A stretch of DNA of 32,000 bases from Candidatus Baldrarchaeum yapensis (GTDB lineage Archaea; Asgardarchaeota; Baldrarchaeia; Baldrarchaeales; Baldrarchaeaceae): assembly GCA_016840465.1 (NCBI GenBank), contig JAEOSH010000004.1, positions 56,924 through 88,923 on the forward strand, read 5' to 3'. A program made the position numbers and the translations under genes. Positions 16,736 through 26,429 of the stretch are shown piece by piece. A model generated the notes under the pieces. That model was not told the origin of the DNA and ran no database searches. It saw only the letters and a program-made list of their open reading frames with translations. Position 1 is the first letter of the stretch, and each line of letters starts with the position of its first letter.

Positions 16736-17890
16736 CTATACTTGTAAAAATTCTTTAAGTAGATGCAATCCGCTTAACGATGATTGCAGGGACTCCACTG
16801 TTTCCACGGATATAACTTGCACATCTGTTGATATCTGCCTCTTCACTTCCTCCATTCTCTCACTACTGACTACGAGAAACCTCTTTCGCACATCACTTTC
16901 CGCAAGCCTCTGCAAGGCCTCCTTTACTCCGTCTATTAATACCACCTCAAAGGCTATCACGGGTTCATTGGCTTTAAACCATACAACGTCAATGGGGCCC
17001 CCTCCGAGGTCGATATTCCGCTTGACATCATACCCCAGACCCCTGCCAACCCTCTCCAGAATGTCGCATATTTTCACGTGCTTATCGGCATGAGTCCTTA
17101 CAACAAATAGCCTGTTGGCAAGCCTCAGTATTCTCCGCATGTTCCATTCATCAAACGGCTCACTCAGGTCGAGTTCAATTCTGTCCTCAGCATCCACCTC
17201 ATAGTGAAGTAGTTCATTAGGTTCCGCTCTTGCAATTTTTCTCTCCTCACCGCCAACATCGATAGTTTTTCCCTTGAAGTCAGGCGTTCTCACGAGTTCC
17301 GGATCTAACCAGTAAAGGTCGAGTACGCACCTCTCATGCACCTCGTAGCCCGATACCTCCCTCAACCTGTCCACTTGAACCATGAGTACCAAGTCGTTGA
17401 TGGCATCCCTAGGGATAACGAGGTAGACCGTTTTGTTCCCCCTAATGACCTCTCCCAGCCTTCCTAACCTTATAAGTTTATTGCCTTTCCGCAGGAAGAA
17501 GTACCTCCGCCTCGAAACAACACCCTTTGCGTACTCCGCCAGCGCACCCTCCCATATAATGACCTTATCGCTAAGATACTCCTTAAGGTCGCTAATGGTC
17601 CTCTTGAACTCGTCTCGTGAAACTACAAACTCGAACTCATCAACCCGAGAGCCCCGCCTCAATATGCCCTCCCCGAGTAGCCATTTCACCAGTGCGGCCA
17701 CCTCACCCTCTCCGGGACCCCCCGCCTTCTCCCTCGACAATAATCCTTTCTCCATGCACGCTTCTTTCAGCTTCTTACCGGACAGTGGCTGTACCTCACT
17801 GATAATCTCTAATACTGAAAGTACCCACTCACAGTTATAAGGCGACGATACAACAAGAAACTTTAGGGTTTCCATGAGACTCGCCATCAA
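16736..17890 (-). CDS. Hypothetical protein with an N-terminal wHTH-like region and a C-terminal PD-(D/E)xK restriction-endonuclease-like domain
   Basis: N-terminal LSVLEIISEVQPLSGKKLKE..VAALVKWLLGEGIL; C-terminal LERVGRGLGYDV..PIDVVWF..VIAFEV..EALQRL..RFLVV. Confidence 0.6.
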   Translation of the reverse strand: MMASLMETLKFLVVSSPYNCEWVLSVLEIISEVQPLSGKKLKEACMEKGLLSREKAGGPGEGEVAALVKWLLGEGILRRGSRVDEFEFVVSRDEFKRTISDLKEYLSDKVIIWEGALAEYAKGVVSRRRYFFLRKGNKLIRLGRLGEVIRGNKTVYLVIPRDAINDLVLMVQVDRLREVSGYEVHERCVLDLYWLDPELVRTPDFKGKTIDVGGEERKIARAEPNELLHYEVDAEDRIELDLSEPFDEWNMRRILRLANRLFVVRTHADKHVKICDILERVGRGLGYDVKRNIDLGGGPIDVVWFKANEPVIAFEVVLIDGVKEALQRLAESDVRKRFLVVSSERMEEVKRQISTDVQVISVETVESLQSSLSGLHLLKEFLQV

Positions 17891-18207
17891 GAACGCACCT
17901 GCACCAGCATGTCATAATCGAAATAATCAGCGTCAACCGGATAATAAAGGATGCTCTTTATGAAGTCCATCTGTGGGGCAAAAAGGCGATTAAAACTTCT
18001 AATTGCGTGCAAGTCGGAAAATTCGCCGATATTATACTGTAACATACAATGATATGCAATGCGGTAGGATTAAACAAGTAGCAGGTAAAAATGTGATCCT
18101 GTGCTTGAAATGTCGCTTCATCTATGGTGAAAAGAAATACATAAAGCATCGTGACGGTAACATTTCATAAAGTCGTGAAATTTCCCGTCATTTAGGAGAG
18201 GGTGCTG

Positions 18208-19392
18208 ATGAGGTTTAGTGAGTACGCTATGAGCATCATAAGGAGGATCATCGAGGAAACCGATGGCAGGCTTCCGGGTAGTGACAATGAAAGAAAGGCT
18301 GCGGAGATGATAGCCGAGGAGTTACGGAAGTACTGCGATGAGGTGCACATCGAGGATTTTGAACTTAGGCCCGGTGGATTTCTAGGCTTTATACCGATAA
18401 GTGTGGCATTAATAGTGGTGGCATACATCCTCTGGTTCCTACCGCCGCTGTCTCTCGTGTTTGCCTTAGCGGCATTTGTCATCACCTATATGGAGTTCTT
18501 CAGGTACGCTGAGTTTGTAGATCCCTTGTTTCCCAAGAGAATATCACAAAACGTTTACGGGAAGATAAAAGCGAAGGGGGAGAGAAGGAAACTCATAATA
18601 GTGTCTGGACATCACGACTCGGCACCCGTGTACCTTCTGATGCAACTCAACCCTTACTTCTACGTATTCGAAGTTCTGCTGGCGTTCATAACGCTAGGAA
18701 CGATGATCATCGCCGCTCTTATCGGCACAGTCACCTATTTCATCAGTATACCGATTCTGGATCTCGTAAGAGAAATCCTTAGGATCGCATTACTCGTAAT
18801 GTTACCCCTAGCGTTTCCAATGGTCTTCTTCAGATCGATAAGCAGAGGGACTCCAGGAGCCACGGACAATCTCTCAGCAGTTGCGGTGGCGCTGGCAGTT
18901 GCAAAATATCTACATGAAAACCCAGATGTTATCCCCGAGGGAACAGAGGTGTGGATTGCATCTTTCGGTTCCGAGGAGGCTGGATTGCGGGGGTCCAGAA
19001 GGTTCGTCAGAAGACATCTGGAGGAACTGGAAGGTCAGGAAACTTACGTGCTCAATATGGAGATGCTGGTAAATCCGGAGGAACTTGCAATTATAACGAG
19101 AGAAAAAACTACAAGAACAAAATTATCGCAATTACTGGCTCAGAAACTCAAAAAGATCTGTGAAGACATAGGCATAAAAATAAAAATGGCAGAGTTGCCA
19201 ACAATAGGCGGTGGGACCGATGCAGTTTCATTCGCAAGGGCGGGAATAGATGCGGTGACGATAATAGGTGCGGAGTTCAGCATTAAGACCTTCAGATACT
19301 ATCATACCGTGAGGGATACACCCGATAAGATAAATCCCGAAATTCTAGACCTTGCCGGAAGGATCATCATCGAGGGAATAAAGAAACTTTAA
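18208..19392 (+). CDS. M28-family Zn-dependent peptidase with inserted TM helices
   Basis: GHHDS, GATDNLS, GSEEAGLRGS, LNMEM, GGTD and YHTVRDT motifs. Confidence 0.88.
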   Translation: MRFSEYAMSIIRRIIEETDGRLPGSDNERKAAEMIAEELRKYCDEVHIEDFELRPGGFLGFIPISVALIVVAYILWFLPPLSLVFALAAFVITYMEFFRYAEFVDPLFPKRISQNVYGKIKAKGERRKLIIVSGHHDSAPVYLLMQLNPYFYVFEVLLAFITLGTMIIAALIGTVTYFISIPILDLVREILRIALLVMLPLAFPMVFFRSISRGTPGATDNLSAVAVALAVAKYLHENPDVIPEGTEVWIASFGSEEAGLRGSRRFVRRHLEELEGQETYVLNMEMLVNPEELAIITREKTTRTKLSQLLAQKLKKICEDIGIKIKMAELPTIGGGTDAVSFARAGIDAVTIIGAEFSIKTFRYYHTVRDTPDKINPEILDLAGRIIIEGIKKL

Positions 19393-21502
19393 TCGGAACG
19401 AAAAATCCTCCTTTCCGATTTTTCCTGTATGTGAACCTCCGAATATGAGAAACGCCCCGTAATAATTCCTGTCTGAAAAGATAAACAAGTGAGCACATCC
19501 ATGCAATCGCAGATATCGATACAATCGCGTTTCTAAGCGGTATCGCATGCACTCTTATCTCGATGACGTGTGACCCCTCAGAAACCCTAATGGCGTATAT
19601 CTTTGGATATGCCACCTCGAAATCTTCAACGACCTTACCGTCCATTTTCACCTCCAAATAAGGGTCGACAAGTACGGGAATTATTACCCAAGAGCTTCTA
19701 TTAACCGAAACTTCGACCCTAAGCATGTCCTCTTTTTGGATTACATGAACATACAAGAGAGGATCGCTGTGCGGTGGTATTTCATCGAGGCTTCTCGGGA
19801 TATAACTAAGGGCGAACACGGGGGTAAAATTCTCCACTCTGAACAAGTACCTGCTTCCGCACACCTCAATGAGTGTTATTTCATTCGTGGAGGTCGCAAC
19901 TCTTAGGAGAGTTTCGAGTATTTTTTCGGAGAGTTCCGGAAATATTGGATCATCGCGCTCCACGATTATATACTTGACCCCGAGATAGCGTAGGAGACGT
20001 ATCGTTGCGATCGGATTGTTTATAATGCTCCTTTCGAGATACGCATGCTTATCGTACATAACTAGGCAACCTAAGACCTCAAAGACCTCGGGAGGAAGAC
20101 TTTGGGGGTACCAGCCGCAGACCGTCGGGTGGTTTGTGTAAAGGGGTGCCATTGCCCCCCAGTACTCCTGTGGCAGATCTAAGGTTCGGTACCAGCAGTC
20201 ATCATCGCAGATCCTTTCATATATTTCGCCGTAATTGTCGGGATAAATTCTATTGTGGATCCTCTGAAGAGATACGGCAGATTTTACAAATATTCCGCAG
20301 ATGACTGCAGATACTGCAAGCATCATTAGCGACAGCGCTATCGCAGCTCTTCTATCCATCTCAGACACATAATATGCACAAATCATCAAACCTAATGAGC
20401 AGAGAACTGTGAACGTACGATCGCCTCCAGCCACCGAGAACCATTCGATATCTAACGCCGACAACGCAAGCACGAGGATCATTATTAGAAGGTGGTACTT
20501 AAGAACGCGAACCCAGAAAACCTTCTTGAAGCGCCCAAGTCTGCACGCTCTCACATATATTATGGATAAAAAAACAAACGTGTACATGATTGCCATCACA
20601 TAAATCTCCAACATGGAAAGCTGTAGAACCCTGCACATCCATTCCCATCCCCTTTCGGAGGAAACGGAAGTTGCGGGCAACGGTGTACCCTCAAGCGTAA
20701 AGTAATCATAAAGGAAGAATCCTGTAAGAGCCGCGGATATCAACCCTACCCTTATAAGTCCCGGAATGTCGCGCTTGACCACCAGCCAAACAGCTGTTAA
20801 TACCGTCATCCAGAAGCCTATTGCCATGTTTAGTAACATCATTATCGAGAGGGTTGCCGCAATTTTCACCTCATAATGAGATTTTCGTTCTTCCGCTGAG
20901 AGTTTGCTTAGGAAGAGCACGTGCCATGGTATGACAACCATCGAGAGCGATTGACCTATAGATCCCCACAGCCATGTTGTGACAAAAATTGCGGGAGAGT
21001 AAGTATAAGCGACCGCAAACACCATGGAGGCCCTCTTGTCGCCGGTCAGGCGCATTAGCACCTTATACGTGGAGATGTAGGATAAGATGGGTACGGAACT
21101 CAGCAGTATGCGTACAGCGATGTTAAGCGGAAAAATGAACGCGAGGAGCGCTATCAGTAGGTATCCGAGTGGAGAGTAACTCCTCAGGAACGGGTTGCCG
21201 AGATACCAGGACCAATCCCAGACTCCCCATAGCCATGGCGGTAACGTCACCATCTGATGTTTTAAAACCAATGCCTTTACAGCATGAGTCATCGTGTCAT
21301 TTCCGGTGATGGAAACATCCACCAGCACTATTATTAATAGCATTGGTAAAAGCGCTACAATATGCGGGACAAGAGACAAACTTTCTGAAAGTATTATTCG
21401 TAATGTCGCCTTTAACGGTCCCCTTTTGAAATTATCCCCCAAGAGCACTTGCCTCCGGGTCTCAAGTATGCTCTTCGGAGTCAAGCACTCGTAGATCTCC
21501 AC
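19367..21502 (-). CDS. Polytopic membrane protein, GT-C-fold glycosyltransferase-like (PTPS-related/YfhO-like)
   Basis: Early DxxxH (GNDTMTH), WDWSWYLGNPFLRSYSPLGY, about 11-13 TM segments, and a soluble C-terminal domain (GWYPQ, LRYLGVKYII). Confidence 0.65.
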   Translation of the reverse strand: MEIYECLTPKSILETRRQVLLGDNFKRGPLKATLRIILSESLSLVPHIVALLPMLLIIVLVDVSITGNDTMTHAVKALVLKHQMVTLPPWLWGVWDWSWYLGNPFLRSYSPLGYLLIALLAFIFPLNIAVRILLSSVPILSYISTYKVLMRLTGDKRASMVFAVAYTYSPAIFVTTWLWGSIGQSLSMVVIPWHVLFLSKLSAEERKSHYEVKIAATLSIMMLLNMAIGFWMTVLTAVWLVVKRDIPGLIRVGLISAALTGFFLYDYFTLEGTPLPATSVSSERGWEWMCRVLQLSMLEIYVMAIMYTFVFLSIIYVRACRLGRFKKVFWVRVLKYHLLIMILVLALSALDIEWFSVAGGDRTFTVLCSLGLMICAYYVSEMDRRAAIALSLMMLAVSAVICGIFVKSAVSLQRIHNRIYPDNYGEIYERICDDDCWYRTLDLPQEYWGAMAPLYTNHPTVCGWYPQSLPPEVFEVLGCLVMYDKHAYLERSIINNPIATIRLLRYLGVKYIIVERDDPIFPELSEKILETLLRVATSTNEITLIEVCGSRYLFRVENFTPVFALSYIPRSLDEIPPHSDPLLYVHVIQKEDMLRVEVSVNRSSWVIIPVLVDPYLEVKMDGKVVEDFEVAYPKIYAIRVSEGSHVIEIRVHAIPLRNAIVSISAIAWMCSLVYLFRQELLRGVSHIRRFTYRKNRKGGFFVPIKVSLFPR

Positions 21503-21759
21503 TCACGGCACTTCTAGTACTTTGGGATCGATCATTATTAAAATACTATGTCTCTGTCCTTCTTGGAGTTGACAATAAAATAAATTTTTAAGAAACGCTC
21601 AATGTACAACCCATTGCGGCTCGGAGCGTTGGTTATTGATGCGACGATTGCCGAGCGGCTACGGGAATTGCGCAGAAAACTTTCGTATAACATGTGGTAA
21701 CTGTTGCATCTCAGCATCGATGCATTTATTGAAGCGCGGAGCCAATGATAGGGTGAGGG

Positions 21760-22548
21760 ATGAGCGTGTACGTGGCCGGAATAGATGTTGGTGCGGCCAC
21801 TGCAAAGTGCGTTATAATGGACGATGGAGAAATTGTCGGGTATGAGATAATTCCCGTGTCGTACGATCTCTCCGAGAGCGCAAAAAGGGTATTCAATGCC
21901 ACCCTCAAAAAATTAGGCATCTCGGCGGATGAAATAAAATCGGTAGTGTCGACCGGATATGGTAGATACAACGTTCCCTTTGCCAAAAAGCAGGTCACCG
22001 AGATAAGTTGCCACGGGAGGGGCGCGATCTTCCTGATTCCCTCGACTAGGACGATAATAGACATCGGGGGACAGGATACGAAGGTGATAGCAATAAACGA
22101 GCGGGGGAGGGTTCTGGACTTCGTTATGAATGATAAGTGCGCCGCGGGAACCGGAAGATTCCTTGAGGTGATGGCGAGGGTTCTCGATGTCAAGGTCGAA
22201 GAGATGGGAGAAATCGCGCTAAGAGCCAAAAAGAAAGTGAAGATTTCAAGCACATGCACGGTCTTCGCGGAGTCAGAAGTGATAAATCATCTGGTGCATA
22301 AAGTTCCAAGGGAGGATATAATTGCAGGTTTGGTGGACGCAATATCCTCACGGGTGGCCGCACTCGCCCAGAGGGTCACAATCAGGCCCGATGTCATACT
22401 AACGGGAGGGGTTGCAAAAAACGAGGCTGTTCGCAGAAGCTTATCAGAAAAGCTTGGCTTGGAAATCCTCAGGCCGAAGGAACCCCAAATAGTTGGTGCG
22501 ATAGGCGCCGCCCTTTTCGCACGTGATATTCTCCAAGGGAAAAGATAA
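21760..22548 (+). CDS. 2-hydroxyacyl-CoA dehydratase activator (BadF/BadG/BcrA/BcrD, HgdC-like [4Fe-4S] ATPase)
   Basis: GIDVG, TGYGR, EISCHG, IDIGGQDTK, NDKCAAGTGRFLE, STCTVFAESEV and TGGVAKN motifs. Confidence 0.92.
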   Translation: MSVYVAGIDVGAATAKCVIMDDGEIVGYEIIPVSYDLSESAKRVFNATLKKLGISADEIKSVVSTGYGRYNVPFAKKQVTEISCHGRGAIFLIPSTRTIIDIGGQDTKVIAINERGRVLDFVMNDKCAAGTGRFLEVMARVLDVKVEEMGEIALRAKKKVKISSTCTVFAESEVINHLVHKVPREDIIAGLVDAISSRVAALAQRVTIRPDVILTGGVAKNEAVRRSLSEKLGLEILRPKEPQIVGAIGAALFARDILQGKR

Positions 22549-22597
22549 AACGAAAACGAGATGTTGTTCGAGAACGTGCAACGTACTTTCTAAAACA

Positions 22598-24169
22598 TTA
22601 AAACTCTATGCCCTTCTCGACCCAATCTGGAAACCACTGGTAGTATTCCAGCGGCTTTATCTTCCTGAGCCCAATGTAGGTTGCCTTTGCCATCCTTATT
22701 TTACCCTTTTCCCTATACAGTTTGACGTATCTCTTTCTTTCCAAACTTTCTAGTATCTCGTCAAGTTTATCGCCCTTGATTCCTGTATCCTCCTCAATAT
22801 CCTCCCTCAGCATGTAAAGCCCGGGATTGACCCTATAGTCCTCCGCGAGCGCCTCGAGCACTAAATCCTCGGGATCCGTCGACTCAAACTTGGGCTTTAA
22901 CTGCTCCCGTTTGTAAACGTTCAGCGGAATTCCGTACTTCTCGCTAATTCTCCTCCTCGGCTCCTTAACCTCATCTCCTAGGAGTCTCCTCACCATACGC
23001 GCCAGTAGAATCCTCAGTACATCGTTTGTTCCCGCGCCTATTTGCATGAATAGTCCCTCTCTATGCACCATTTCCACAAAGTAGAACTTCGTGAGCCCGT
23101 CACCGCCCATGCACAGCACTGCATCGGTTCCTATGCGCTGGCACATTTCAGATGTGAATATTTTTGCGATTGTAGACTCGAGGATGGGCTCTCTCCCCTG
23201 ATCCAGCAGATAACTTCCATAGTATACTATCAACCTCGAAAGCTTGTACCACATAGTGATGTCCGCGATCCTCAGCTGGTTCGTTTGGAACTCTATCGTC
23301 CTTCTGCCAAACTGAACTCTTCTCCGAGTGACGTAGAGGGCCATCCGTAGAGCCTCTTTCATTCCCCCTAAAAGACCTGCCGACAACAGCAGTCTCTCGA
23401 AGTTCAGCCCACTTATCATTACCAGCCAACCGTTGCCCTCCCCGCCGATCACGTTCTCCGCCGGAACTCTGACGTTATCAAGATCCAAATATCCGTTGCG
23501 GACACCATCCGCGACGCCAAGCTCGTTTATTTTCTCCACCCTCAGTCCAGGTGTGCCTTTTTCTACAACAAATGCTGTTAGATGCCTATAGTTCTCTCGA
23601 TCTTTCGGATCATCACTGGTCCTTGCGTATACCAAGTATATGTCCGCGATCCCCGAATTACTTATGAACCGCTTCTTGCCATTGATTATGTACTCATTGC
23701 CATCGCGGATCGCAACTGTCTCCACAGCGGCCGCATCGGACCCCACGAACGGTTCCGTCAGGCATATAGCCCCACATAACTTTCCTTCGGCCATTTTTGG
23801 TAGCCATCTCTCCTTCTGTTCCTCGGTTCCAAATTTCGCAATTTGGTAGCATCCTCCGAACATTGTGGTGTTATAATATGATGCAACCATGGAGCTGAGG
23901 CGACCCATGCCCTCGGCTATTATGCATGCGCCGGTGATTTTCGATTTTTCGTACATTCCTCCGTACTTTTCAGGAATGGTGGCACCCAACCATCCTTTTT
24001 CTCCGATCGCTTTTATTATGTCCCATGGAAACTTCCTCGTCCAGACGGCCTCAATGGCCCTAGGCATGTACTCATCGGCAAACTCCTCAACCTCATCTGC
24101 GAGTTTCCTCTGAAAATCGGTCCACCAAGGAAACTTTTCCAAAATCAGCCACCCCTCTGAACTCCACAC
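22598..24169 (-). CDS. Acyl-CoA dehydrogenase (isovaleryl-CoA dehydrogenase-like catalytic layout) with an about 130-aa C-terminal extension
   Basis: CLTEPFVGSD, NGKKRFISN, GLNFERL and QIGAGTND motifs. The extension contains a wHTH-like pattern. Likely start is TTG 24142. Confidence 0.9.
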   Translation of the reverse strand: MWSSEGWLILEKFPWWTDFQRKLADEVEEFADEYMPRAIEAVWTRKFPWDIIKAIGEKGWLGATIPEKYGGMYEKSKITGACIIAEGMGRLSSMVASYYNTTMFGGCYQIAKFGTEEQKERWLPKMAEGKLCGAICLTEPFVGSDAAAVETVAIRDGNEYIINGKKRFISNSGIADIYLVYARTSDDPKDRENYRHLTAFVVEKGTPGLRVEKINELGVADGVRNGYLDLDNVRVPAENVIGGEGNGWLVMISGLNFERLLLSAGLLGGMKEALRMALYVTRRRVQFGRRTIEFQTNQLRIADITMWYKLSRLIVYYGSYLLDQGREPILESTIAKIFTSEMCQRIGTDAVLCMGGDGLTKFYFVEMVHREGLFMQIGAGTNDVLRILLARMVRRLLGDEVKEPRRRISEKYGIPLNVYKREQLKPKFESTDPEDLVLEALAEDYRVNPGLYMLREDIEEDTGIKGDKLDEILESLERKRYVKLYREKGKIRMAKATYIGLRKIKPLEYYQWFPDWVEKGIEF

Positions 24170-24294
24170 AGGGTATTTTTCGACTTTCTCGTATATTTAG
24201 TTTTTGAGGAAGTGTCTGCTATGACGCATGAGGACGATGCCAAGGACAGGTAAGATTAAGATTGAAGGAATGTGTAATGTTTCGGGGGGATCGA

Positions 24295-24849
24295 ATGAGT
24301 GATGATCTCGTGAGGAGAATACGGGAGGCGCTTGAAAAGCGAGTGGAATATTCTTGTAGTTTCAAGAATGCGTCTGTACTTGTTCCGCTCAGCATAAACT
24401 CGAAGCGAGAACTGCACGTGACGTTCATAAAGAGGTCTTCCAAACTCTCCCTTCACGGGGGAGATGTTGCGTTCCCGGGTGGACTCAGAGAGGGGAATGA
24501 GGATCCCATCGAGACAGCACTGAGGGAGGCGTGGGAGGAGTTGGGTATCCGTAGGGAGGATGTCAGGGTCCTTGGGTTTCTGACCCCCACCGTCACCCGA
24601 ATAACAATGATACACATAGTGCCCGTTGTCGGCCTTATACCCATGCCTTACCCCTTCAGGCCGAATGAGAACGAGGTCACGGAGGTCATCCAGATTTCGA
24701 TCTCGGATCTTTATAGGAACCAGTTCGAGAACTGGTATGGAAAGTATTACAAGTGCGGGGACCACATTATCTGGGGAGCATCGGCAAGGATCCTGACAAA
24801 CCTCCTCGAAAGATTAAAACCTATAATCATGCCCCGCGCATCCCCATAA
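24295..24849 (+). CDS. Nudix hydrolase, CoA pyrophosphatase subfamily (NudL/PCD1-like)
   Basis: LHGGDVAFPGG, the Nudix box ETALREAWEELGI and IWGASARIL. Confidence 0.9.
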   Translation: MSDDLVRRIREALEKRVEYSCSFKNASVLVPLSINSKRELHVTFIKRSSKLSLHGGDVAFPGGLREGNEDPIETALREAWEELGIRREDVRVLGFLTPTVTRITMIHIVPVVGLIPMPYPFRPNENEVTEVIQISISDLYRNQFENWYGKYYKCGDHIIWGASARILTNLLERLKPIIMPRASP

Positions 24850-24980
24850 CTCGTGATCTTTATAGACACCGGATCCTCGCTGTTTTTCCGTTTTAAAATT
24901 TTTAATACTGCCCTAGTTACCGTTACTGCTACGTTTTAGAGGTATCGTGAATAATTTATGTTGGCAGAGAGGTGCATACG

Positions 24981-25595
24981 ATGGCCACCACTTTGCAAAA
25001 ATTCACATGCATGGGATGCGATGCACCCTGTTGCAGAGAAATAGTAAGAGAAGTCGAAGGCATCACCTTGGGGTTGCTACTCACGAGAAGAGAGAGAATG
25101 AGGATAGAAAGGCTTGCTACAATGCGAGGCCACTCAATAGATATAAGGCCCATGATAGGCTTCGGTTATGATGAGGATATAGGGGAGCCGGAGTTTATAG
25201 GCTTCTACCAGATCACAAATAATCCATGTCCATTTCTCGCCGGTAGCAAATGCGAAATTCACGGACAACGCCCGCTCATCTGCAGGGCATACCCCCTGGT
25301 CATGAGGGACTTCTACATAACTGGTGAGGGAAGGAGGGCGAACGTGCACGTAGTGATATCCTTTGACCTGCGGTGCAAATGGGTTGAGGGGATCAGGAAG
25401 TCCGTAAAACTTACAAGATTGCGGGATTCGGATATTGTAAAGTTGGGGATAAAGAGAGAGGCGGAGGCAATGAAGTCAGTGGTGGACCTTTTCGTCAAAT
25501 ACATGAGGAGGTACCGCTACAGGGTGTGGTACTTTGACCTTAGTAAGGACAAGTGGGTTGAGATAGAGGTCATGGAGGTTCGCGAAAGAGGTTAA
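24981..25595 (+). CDS. YkgJ-family cysteine-cluster (putative Fe-S/Zn) protein
   Basis: CMGCDAPCC, CPFL, CEIHGQRPLICRAYP and a late C. Confidence 0.82.
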   Translation: MATTLQKFTCMGCDAPCCREIVREVEGITLGLLLTRRERMRIERLATMRGHSIDIRPMIGFGYDEDIGEPEFIGFYQITNNPCPFLAGSKCEIHGQRPLICRAYPLVMRDFYITGEGRRANVHVVISFDLRCKWVEGIRKSVKLTRLRDSDIVKLGIKREAEAMKSVVDLFVKYMRRYRYRVWYFDLSKDKWVEIEVMEVRERG

Positions 25596-25740
25596 AATTC
25601 GTAGAGTGAGCAGTTTTATTCTTTTGAGGAATCTCGGAATTTCATTACATGGAACTGGGCCGTTAATGGTTCCGCATTTAGTTTTCCGTCACAGTTTAAA
25701 TTGACTTATGCGAAAGTATCCATGGTAGGAGTAGCTAGAG

Positions 25741-26427
25741 ATGAGGGACATGAACATTCAGGTCGAAAAGGCCCGCTATATATTCAAGCACTTGGTGCAT
25801 GTCGGAGCCCCTTTCCCGGTAAGGGATGTAATGCAACATCTGCTGTCAAAGGGATACAGGTACACGATAAGGAAAATAAAAGTTGGAGGGCCCACACCTC
25901 AAACAAGCCCTGTGCCGGCAGATTTTCCCCATGCAAAGGAACTTACAGAGTACCTGTTTTTCAGGCAGGATCTTCCCAATCTCCTGATAGTCGTGAGCGA
26001 AAATGGGTTTGTGGTTGATGGGCAGGAGTGGGGTGACGTCTACGACCACATATGGTTTGTCCGAGATCTCTATCTGAAGATAGAGAAGAGGCCGACAACG
26101 AAGTTCATCATAGAGATACTGGCGTTCCTGCAGGTGTATTCCTCTGTCAGCCCTAGGAGAATACTGAGCGGGATCGTCAATCCTGCAATTCTCAAGAGGA
26201 TGCAATCCCTCGAACTCTTACCGTTTGCAATAGATCTGTGGACCGGCGAGCCGGAGAAAAGCAAGACCTGGGCAAGAGTGAGATTAGAACCCCTCAAAGA
26301 GGATCCACAGAATAGATTTGGTGTGAATATAAATTATAGAGCACACTCGTTTAATGAGGGGGTAAAATTCTTCGAACAAATAAATGATTTCGTGTCCCGG
26401 CTCATCGTAAACCTAAGACCAGAGTGA
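25741..26427 (+). CDS. Hypothetical protein
   Basis: 228-aa ORF with plausible composition, co-oriented with the Nudix and YkgJ genes; no family recognised. Confidence 0.6.
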   Translation: MRDMNIQVEKARYIFKHLVHVGAPFPVRDVMQHLLSKGYRYTIRKIKVGGPTPQTSPVPADFPHAKELTEYLFFRQDLPNLLIVVSENGFVVDGQEWGDVYDHIWFVRDLYLKIEKRPTTKFIIEILAFLQVYSSVSPRRILSGIVNPAILKRMQSLELLPFAIDLWTGEPEKSKTWARVRLEPLKEDPQNRFGVNINYRAHSFNEGVKFFEQINDFVSRLIVNLRPE

Positions 26428-26429
26428 AG

